Shown: one piece after another, positions 7,211 through 12,879 of the stretch | Position numbering within the stretch: position 1 is the stretch's first letter | Layout: each line of letters opens with the position of its first letter | From: Candidatus Wukongarchaeum yapensis | GTDB lineage: Archaea > Asgardarchaeota > Wukongarchaeia > Wukongarchaeales > Wukongarchaeaceae | Length of the DNA stretch: 12,879 bases | Reading direction: 5' to 3' | Assembly: GCA_016840425.1 (NCBI GenBank) | Contig: JAEOSI010000039.1 | Location: forward strand, 1-12,879 | Program-made: the position numbers and the translations under genes | The notes under the pieces: generated by a model | Databases searched by the model: none | Seen by the model: the letters and a program-made list of their open reading frames with translations, nothing else | What the model was told of the DNA's origin: nothing

Positions 7211-7522
7211 GTGCAAAAATTGCCCAAAAATAAAGACGAAAAAAAGAAAATAGAACTTGACCCCAAAGCAATACTAAAAAACAAAAGAAACATCTTCAAA
7301 GGCCTAAAAACAAGAACTCTCATCTTAAAAACAATAAAAAAAGCACCACTATCCGCCCAAGAAATAGCCGAAAAAATCGGGCGCTCTTATACGGCTACTT
7401 TCAATCATCTCCACGCCCTACTACAAGAAAAAATTTTAGAGAGAGAGAAAGTTGGAAGAAAATACATCTGGGGAATTACAGGTATAGGTCAGGAAGAAAT
7501 AGGCAAATACCTAAAAACCTAA
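7211..7522 (+). CDS. Small basic winged helix-turn-helix protein (ArsR-like fold)
   Basis: RTLILKTIKKAPLSAQEIAEKIGRSYTATFNHLHALLQEKILEREKVGRKYIW fits three helices plus a beta wing. Start uncertain (GTG 7211 or TTG 7220). Begins 49 nt after the polC stop on the same strand. Confidence 0.82.
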   Translation: MQKLPKNKDEKKKIELDPKAILKNKRNIFKGLKTRTLILKTIKKAPLSAQEIAEKIGRSYTATFNHLHALLQEKILEREKVGRKYIWGITGIGQEEIGKYLKT

Positions 7523-7546
7523 TAGAACTTAAAAACCCTTATTTTG

Positions 7547-9334
7547 TTAAAAACCCCCTATATTGGCTTCTCTTCTCGCATATTCCTTTATCGTTGAAAC
7601 AAGTTGATTCTTAGCCGTTATTGGGGGAGAACAGAGATTCTGAACACAAACGTATGCCACAGTTTCATCCTTTACAGGATAACCAAGCAAAGGTAAAACT
7701 TCTTCATCTTCTACAGGATCCAAAACACGAACAATCCTCCGAGGCTCATAAAAACGCAAACTCTCAAAAATCATCTCTTTAACATCCTCAGAATCCTTAT
7801 ACCCCACAACATTCACCTTCACTAAACCCCTAAGAAACAAATATACTGCCTTAGCATAATAGGACGCAAAAAGACTGTAACGACTATAAAGCCCAGTGAA
7901 AGAAGCAAGTGTACGTTCTGCAATCCTTTTAAAATCTTGGTTATCGGTCAGATAATAAAGCTTAATAAGAGATATTGCAGCAGTAGAATTCTCAATTATG
8001 GATTTAAAACGTTTTTTTAAGTTGCCTAAAGCCTTCGAATCACTAAAAATATCGAAAAAGCCTCCCACTTTTTCATCAAAAAATTCGCCAACCATAAAAT
8101 CCGTAATTTCCATTGCAATGTCCAAATAACGCTTCTCAAACGTTTTCTCATAACCCTCAAGAAGCGCTTTTACAAAATGAACATTATCCCTGAAAAGCCC
8201 ATAAGTCTGGGGTACATCATCGGCAAAATAATGGAACATGCCTTCCCCCTTCTTATGACAATTTTTCAATAAAAATTCAATAGTTGAAACAGCACGGTTA
8301 AGATAATCTTTTTCTCCCAAAATAGTATAAGCCTCAAGATATGATGAAATCATCATACTATTCCAGTCAACATAAATTGTTTTATTAATGAATGGAGGAG
8401 CCCTACGCTTCCTCTCCTCAAGACCAAAGCTATAATATTCCTCATCAGCATCCTGACTTCCATAAAAACCTCCCCCAGGATTAAAAAGTTTAGAATTCAC
8501 ATAATCCGAGATCTCCACAGCTACCCTTTTATATTTCTCATCTCCAACAACCTGGAAAACCCTTAAATAATTTTTCAAAAGCCCAGCATTAGTCTCAAGC
8601 ATCTTTTCAAAGTGCGGTATGCTCCAATCCCTTGTTGTAGAATATCTAAAGAAACCACCTTCAACCTTATCATAAGTTCTACTATCATACATAAAATCAA
8701 GAGTTTTAGTTACAATCTTTAAAAAACCCTTTTTCCCCAGATCCAAATTATATCTTAAAAGGGCAAGATCTACAGCTTCTGGATGGGGGAATTTAGGCTG
8801 ATCACCAAAACCACCATATTGATCATCAAAATTTAATACAACTGCATCTAAAATGTCAGAAATAATAGAATCATTCAAAACCCCTTTCCCTCTTTCAAAT
8901 TCCTCTCTTTCTAAAGCTTCTTCCGTGATTCTAAGACTTTTAATCCGCTCGTAAATCTCATCCTTATTCGCCTTATACTGATCAGAAATCTGTTTTAATA
9001 TCGGTTTAAACCTATCAGGAGGGATATAAGTAGCTCCTGCGAAAACATCACCATCAGGAGTTAGAAAAGCTGTTGTAGGAAATCCTCCAAAATTATACCT
9101 CTCACTAATATCAGGACGCTGATCAATATCAACCTTGATCGGTATGTATAGTTCATTGATAAGCTCGATAATCTCTTCGTTAGAATAACTGTCCTCATCC
9201 ATGCGATGACACCAATAACACCACGCTGGGGCCGTTAAATTGAGCAAAATCGGCTTATCTAGCTTTTTAGCTAGCTCAAAAACCTCTTTTCCCCATTCAT
9301 ACCACTCAATCTCTTTTTCATTATTAGCAACCAA
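7547..9334 (-). CDS. Thioredoxin-domain protein of the YyaL/DUF255/SPATA20 family (thioredoxin plus alpha/alpha-toroid), ~595 aa
   Basis: IEWYEWG..A..LDKPILL, WCYWCHRMD (CxxC), IKVDIDQRPDI, GGFPTTAFLTPDG, YGGFGDQPKFP, GGFFRYSTTRDWSIPHFEKML, C-terminal AYVC..NLCSPP. I prefer TTG 9334 (GGGGGT 9 nt upstream) over ATG 9394, which falls in the TATA-like element. Confidence 0.9.
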   Translation of the reverse strand: MVANNEKEIEWYEWGKEVFELAKKLDKPILLNLTAPAWCYWCHRMDEDSYSNEEIIELINELYIPIKVDIDQRPDISERYNFGGFPTTAFLTPDGDVFAGATYIPPDRFKPILKQISDQYKANKDEIYERIKSLRITEEALEREEFERGKGVLNDSIISDILDAVVLNFDDQYGGFGDQPKFPHPEAVDLALLRYNLDLGKKGFLKIVTKTLDFMYDSRTYDKVEGGFFRYSTTRDWSIPHFEKMLETNAGLLKNYLRVFQVVGDEKYKRVAVEISDYVNSKLFNPGGGFYGSQDADEEYYSFGLEERKRRAPPFINKTIYVDWNSMMISSYLEAYTILGEKDYLNRAVSTIEFLLKNCHKKGEGMFHYFADDVPQTYGLFRDNVHFVKALLEGYEKTFEKRYLDIAMEITDFMVGEFFDEKVGGFFDIFSDSKALGNLKKRFKSIIENSTAAISLIKLYYLTDNQDFKRIAERTLASFTGLYSRYSLFASYYAKAVYLFLRGLVKVNVVGYKDSEDVKEMIFESLRFYEPRRIVRVLDPVEDEEVLPLLGYPVKDETVAYVCVQNLCSPPITAKNQLVSTIKEYARREANIGGF

Positions 9335-9461
9335 AAAGTTAAAACCCCCGTAACTAACCCAAAAAATTTGCTGCAAATTTCTACAAAAAACCATATATAA
9401 ACCTAATTAAATTATAGAAATAAAAAATAAAAAAAACCAATATTACAAGTAGAGGTTTCTT
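9335..9461. promoter_or_regulatory. Divergent promoter region with shared TATA-like element
   Basis: TATATAAA at 9394-9401 on + reads TTTATATA on -, so it could serve both genes. SD-like GAGGT at 9452-9456 precedes ATG 9462. Confidence 0.6.
9364..9380. repeat. Perfect inverted repeat AAATTTGC-T-GCAAATTT (operator-like)
   Basis: 8-bp arms around a 1-nt centre, read directly from the sequence. Confidence 0.75.
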
Positions 9462-10562
9462 ATGTGCGGGGAGGCCCGTATTTTGAATGAAGTTGAAAAT
9501 TTGATAAAAAGTGGCCTAAATTTTATAATTAACGGAAAGCTTAACGAAGCTTTAGAGTATTTTTATCAGGTAATAGCCCTTGACCCAAAAAATGCTACAG
9601 CTTTCAATAATGTTGGTGTAATGCTCCATTCACTTGGGCATGTAAAAGAGGCTATAGCTTTTTTTAACCAAGCAATTAAATTGGACCCAAATATGGTTAA
9701 ACCTTGGATAAATAAGGGAAGCGCCTTGTACGAATTAAAAAGACTAAGGGAAGCTCTAAAATGTTTTAACCAAGCGCTTCAAGTAAATCCCAAATCTCCC
9801 GAAGCATGGTTAAACAAAGGTGCAGCCCTTCTTGATATGGGTGAGCTTAAAAAAGCTTTAAACTGTTTTGACAAGGCTTTAAAAATTAATCCTAAAATGG
9901 CTGAAGCTTGGTACTGTAAAGGAATAATTTATCAAAATACTAACGAAGTAAAAAAGGCTCTTGAATGTTTTAAAAAAGCTTTAGAAATAAATCCGTCCCA
10001 CAAAAAGGCGTTTTTGAACTGTGGAGTTATTCTACGCTCATTAGGAAGAATAAAAGAGGCTATGAGATGTTTTGAAAAAGCACTACAAATAGATCCAAAT
10101 TATGCAAAAGCGTATTATAATGAAGGAAATGCTTTAAGGGCTTTAGGAAAGAAAGAAGCAGCACTACAATGCTTCAACTACGCTATTGAATTCAATAGTG
10201 AATATTTGGAAGCTTGGATAAACCGAGGAGTAATATTACGTTCTCTAGGGAGGAAAAAAGAAGCCATAGAGAATTATAAACACGCCCTCGAATTAGACCC
10301 TAATTGCGACAAAGCATGGTATAATTTGGGCTTAGTCCTTCCAGATGATGAATTGGAAACGAAAATTGGTTGCTATAAACGCGCACTTGAAATCAACCCG
10401 CGCCACGCTAAAGCTTGGTATAACACTGGTATAGTTTTCAGAAAGCTAGGGCTAGAAACAGTAGCCATAAAATGCTTTGAACAAGCAATAACGCTTGATA
10501 AAAGACTTAAAACCATACTAAACATCCAATCTACAGAAAAGCCCTACACAGAATACGCCTAA
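9462..10562 (+). CDS. Tetratricopeptide-repeat protein (about 10 canonical TPRs, no catalytic domain seen)
   Basis: Tandem 34-aa units such as AEAWYCKGIIYQNTNEVKKALECFKKALEINPSH, ending in DP/NP turns. Unit 9 is 33 aa and degenerate. Confidence 0.93.
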   Translation: MCGEARILNEVENLIKSGLNFIINGKLNEALEYFYQVIALDPKNATAFNNVGVMLHSLGHVKEAIAFFNQAIKLDPNMVKPWINKGSALYELKRLREALKCFNQALQVNPKSPEAWLNKGAALLDMGELKKALNCFDKALKINPKMAEAWYCKGIIYQNTNEVKKALECFKKALEINPSHKKAFLNCGVILRSLGRIKEAMRCFEKALQIDPNYAKAYYNEGNALRALGKKEAALQCFNYAIEFNSEYLEAWINRGVILRSLGRKKEAIENYKHALELDPNCDKAWYNLGLVLPDDELETKIGCYKRALEINPRHAKAWYNTGIVFRKLGLETVAIKCFEQAITLDKRLKTILNIQSTEKPYTEYA

Positions 10563-10671
10563 AAACCCTAAAAAATCCGCCTCAAAAACTCCACAAAATA
10601 AAAACAAAGCAAAAAAATAAAAATAGAAAAATACTATACTACGATGTCTTTTTAGACCTAATCTTTTAAAA

Positions 10672-10678
10672 AGGAGGT
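10672..10678 (+). promoter_or_regulatory. Shine-Dalgarno site AGGAGGT upstream of the TIM-barrel gene
   Basis: Strong SD match. The nearest in-frame codons downstream are CTC 10683 and ACG 10686; there is no in-frame ATG/GTG/TTG until 10743. Confidence 0.7.
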
Positions 10679-10685
10679 TCATCTC

Positions 10686-11504
10686 ACGGGGTCTGTTACC
10701 TTTTTTGCCGCAACTCCCATAGAATTAATCCCCTCTATAACATTGCCAATTTTCTTAGAGAAAATTAAGGAAGAAAACTTTGCAGGCGTCGAAATAAAAT
10801 GTGAACATGGAGTAATTGACCCGGAAAAAATAAGCCCTAAAGAGATCCAAAACCTCAAAGATGTATTAAAATCACTAGAGTTGCAAATATCTATTCATGC
10901 CACTTTTATCGATATCAATATCGCATCCTTTTACCCTTCAATTCTGAAAGCCTCGATCGAAAGGGTTCAATCCTGCCTTACTCTTGCCTATAAACTAGAT
11001 GCAAAATGGATAACCCTCCACTGCGGTCATTTCCTTCCCACCCCCATTGCTACCCTAGAATCTGCCCTAAAAATTTCCCTTAACTCCTTAAAAGAAATTG
11101 CTTCTAAAGCTGAAGGACTGAATCTCAAAATCGGTCTTGAAAACAAAGATTGTAAAATTGGCTATAGAAACATTTTTATCACACCAGAAGAAGGCTTATG
11201 GCTCTTAAAAAACATAGAAAAAGACTGTGTAGGCTTCATATTTGACTGTGGCCACGCCAACACATGTAAAAATAAAAATGATCTCGGCGATTTCTACAAA
11301 AAAATAGAGAAAAAAGTTACAGCAATACATGCACACGACAACGACGGAAGCTTTGACCAACACTTAGCCGTCGGCGAAGGGACAATCAACTTTGAACAGA
11401 TACTGAAAATAAAAATACCGGAAAATATCGTTATCGAATGCGATGAAGAAAAAGAAATCATTGCCAGTAAAGATGCAATCACGAAACTCGTAAACCTGTT
11501 ATAA
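10686..11504 (+). CDS. Sugar phosphate isomerase/epimerase family (xylose-isomerase-like / AP-endonuclease-2 TIM barrel), metal dependent
   Basis: FAGVEI, ISIHATFIDINIAS, ITLHCG, IGLENK, IFDCGHA, AIHAHDNDG..DQHL..GEGTINF, IVIEC carry the family metal ligands. The family call is firm; the start is not (ORF track uses TTG 10743, the frame is open back to 10662). Confidence 0.88.
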   Translation, partial: TGSVTFFAATPIELIPSITLPIFLEKIKEENFAGVEIKCEHGVIDPEKISPKEIQNLKDVLKSLELQISIHATFIDINIASFYPSILKASIERVQSCLTLAYKLDAKWITLHCGHFLPTPIATLESALKISLNSLKEIASKAEGLNLKIGLENKDCKIGYRNIFITPEEGLWLLKNIEKDCVGFIFDCGHANTCKNKNDLGDFYKKIEKKVTAIHAHDNDGSFDQHLAVGEGTINFEQILKIKIPENIVIECDEEKEIIASKDAITKLVNLL

Positions 11505-11520
11505 AAAGAAAGGCTAAAAA

Positions 11521-12879
11521 TCATTGTTTTCGTAAAATTTGGTTCAGATTTTTCTGGATTTTTTCTATCTGTTTTTCAATAACCGGTGTTTTTTTCACCT
11601 TTTCAAGAATCCCTAGCGCTTCTTCAAAATAATCTTTAGCTTTCGGCAACCCATCTTCTCCTCCCATATCCTTAAATAAAAGACCCAAATTTGCTAATAC
11701 AAAAGCTACATCGACTCCCAATTTCGGCATCTCCTTTAAAAACCTAGAATAAATCTCTAAAGCACTATCATAGTGCTCAATAGCCTCTCGGAATTTTCCC
11801 AATTTCACAAGCGAGTTAGCAACATTATTCTCAGTATTAGCAACATCTACCCAAGCACTAGGTTTTTCCCTTGCAAGATTTTTATAAATATCTAAGGCTT
11901 TCTCAAAGTGTGATAAAGCTTTTTTCAAGTTTTCTTCCCCCCCAATATTTACCAAACACGACCCAAGATTTGCCAAATATACAGCAAAGCGATATCCCAT
12001 ACCGGGAATATCTTTCATGGTCTGTTTCTCTATTTCAAGCGCTTCTTCATAACATTCAACTGCCCGTTCAAGATTCTCTTTTCCCCCAATTTTCTGTAAT
12101 AGGGTAGCCATGGCGTTTAAAGCAAGCTGTATATTCATCCCCTCAAACTTTTTCGCAAGATCTCGTCGAATTTTAACAGCTTCTTCAACATATCTTAACC
12201 CCCTCAAGAGATTATTCCTTCCTCCAACCTCCCCTAACAAAACCGCCATATTGGTCAATACGGTGGTTACTTTTACTATTGCTCCCCAACTATCCTTAGC
12301 TATTCTGGAATATTTGGCTAATGCTTGCTGATATTTGCTAATGGCTTTTAAATAATTATCACGCCCCCCTAATTCAACCATAGTGTTCGCCAAATTATTA
12401 TATAAAATAGCTAACTTTTCTTCTGTTCTCGGATTTTCTTCAGAAAATTTTTCACAGATCTTTATCGCTTTTTCATAGTGTCTCATAGCTTCGATAATTC
12501 CTTCTTGTCCCCTAATTTGGCGAAGAACAGTCCCCATATTGTTTAAAACCGAACAAGAATTAAACTCAGCTCTCGGTAACCTTTTTCCTAACTCTTCATA
12601 AATACTTAAACTTTCTTCATAATAGTTTAATGCTGTTTTAAGGTTTTCAATCCCTCCGAAAGTTGACAAAATGTTCCCTAAATTATTGCAAACCATGGCA
12701 TGACCAATTTTGGCCTTTTTTGTTTCAGTAATCAGCTTTTTACAAATTTTCAAAGCTTCATCACAAAACTCTATAGCTGTTTTTAACTGCTCTTTACCCC
12801 CCTGCTCTGTAAGTATTAATACAAGGTTATTCATGATCCCTATGAGCAGTATCTCTCCTCGCGAAACCTCGCCTGATAC
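11521..12879 (-). CDS. Protein of long (~48-aa) TPR-like repeats, probably 5'-truncated by the window edge
   Basis: Nine units from ATG 12834 with consensus NNLG.hL..hGG.ENL..A...YEEAL.I. The frame has no stop from 12879 to 12834 (VSGEVSRGEILLIGI), and the Met sits at a position where other units have an internal residue. Confidence 0.85.
   Translation of the reverse strand, partial: VSGEVSRGEILLIGIMNNLVLILTEQGGKEQLKTAIEFCDEALKICKKLITETKKAKIGHAMVCNNLGNILSTFGGIENLKTALNYYEESLSIYEELGKRLPRAEFNSCSVLNNMGTVLRQIRGQEGIIEAMRHYEKAIKICEKFSEENPRTEEKLAILYNNLANTMVELGGRDNYLKAISKYQQALAKYSRIAKDSWGAIVKVTTVLTNMAVLLGEVGGRNNLLRGLRYVEEAVKIRRDLAKKFEGMNIQLALNAMATLLQKIGGKENLERAVECYEEALEIEKQTMKDIPGMGYRFAVYLANLGSCLVNIGGEENLKKALSHFEKALDIYKNLAREKPSAWVDVANTENNVANSLVKLGKFREAIEHYDSALEIYSRFLKEMPKLGVDVAFVLANLGLLFKDMGGEDGLPKAKDYFEEALGILEKVKKTPVIEKQIEKIQKNLNQILRKQ

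Noticed and set aside
9335-9394. 20-aa N-terminal extension of the YyaL-family ORF from ATG 9394
   Set aside because: That ATG lies in the TATA-like element and the extension crosses the palindrome; TTG 9334 has an SD-like site and matches where family similarity begins.
10563-10660. A-tract-rich intergenic stretch as a repeat array, ncRNA or terminator
   Set aside because: The A-runs are irregular and match the general A/C bias of this strand. There is no fixed-length repeat, tRNA-like fold or T-tract on the coding strand.
7038-12331. Short ORFs 7038-7271, 11294-11524, 11871-12107 and 12110-12331
   Set aside because: They overlap better-supported genes on the opposite strand and have low-complexity or featureless translations.
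7547-12879. Reading the YyaL, TPR, TIM-barrel and TPR genes as one defence or signalling system
   Set aside because: Orientations alternate (-, +, +, -) and no nuclease, NTPase or protease effector is visible in the window. Co-location alone is not enough, though sequence beyond 12879 could change this.

Overview
Archaeal chromosomal window, AT-rich and densely coded. Having both Elf1 and a PolD large subunit points to Asgard, Bathyarchaeia or a related TACK lineage (inference). Gene order: 5'-truncated NAD+ synthetase overlapping elf1 (+); a secreted/type-I membrane GIFT/GldG-like protein (-); DNA polymerase II large subunit polC/DP2 (+) interrupted in its catalytic motif by a 467-aa LAGLIDADG intein; a small winged-helix protein (+); a YyaL/DUF255 thioredoxin-domain protein (-); a 10-repeat TPR protein (+); a metal-dependent TIM-barrel protein (+); and a 5'-truncated protein of ~48-aa TPR-like repeats (-). 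The main observations are four. The DP2 intein ends in Tyr-Asp instead of His-Asn/Gln and differs in composition from its flanks. The winged-helix gene behind polC ends in a PIP-box-like motif. The TIM-barrel gene appears to start at ACG. The GIFT-domain protein has a Wbp1/OST48-like topology. I saw no RNA gene, CRISPR array or transposase. All family calls come from motif recognition by eye; no database search was run.
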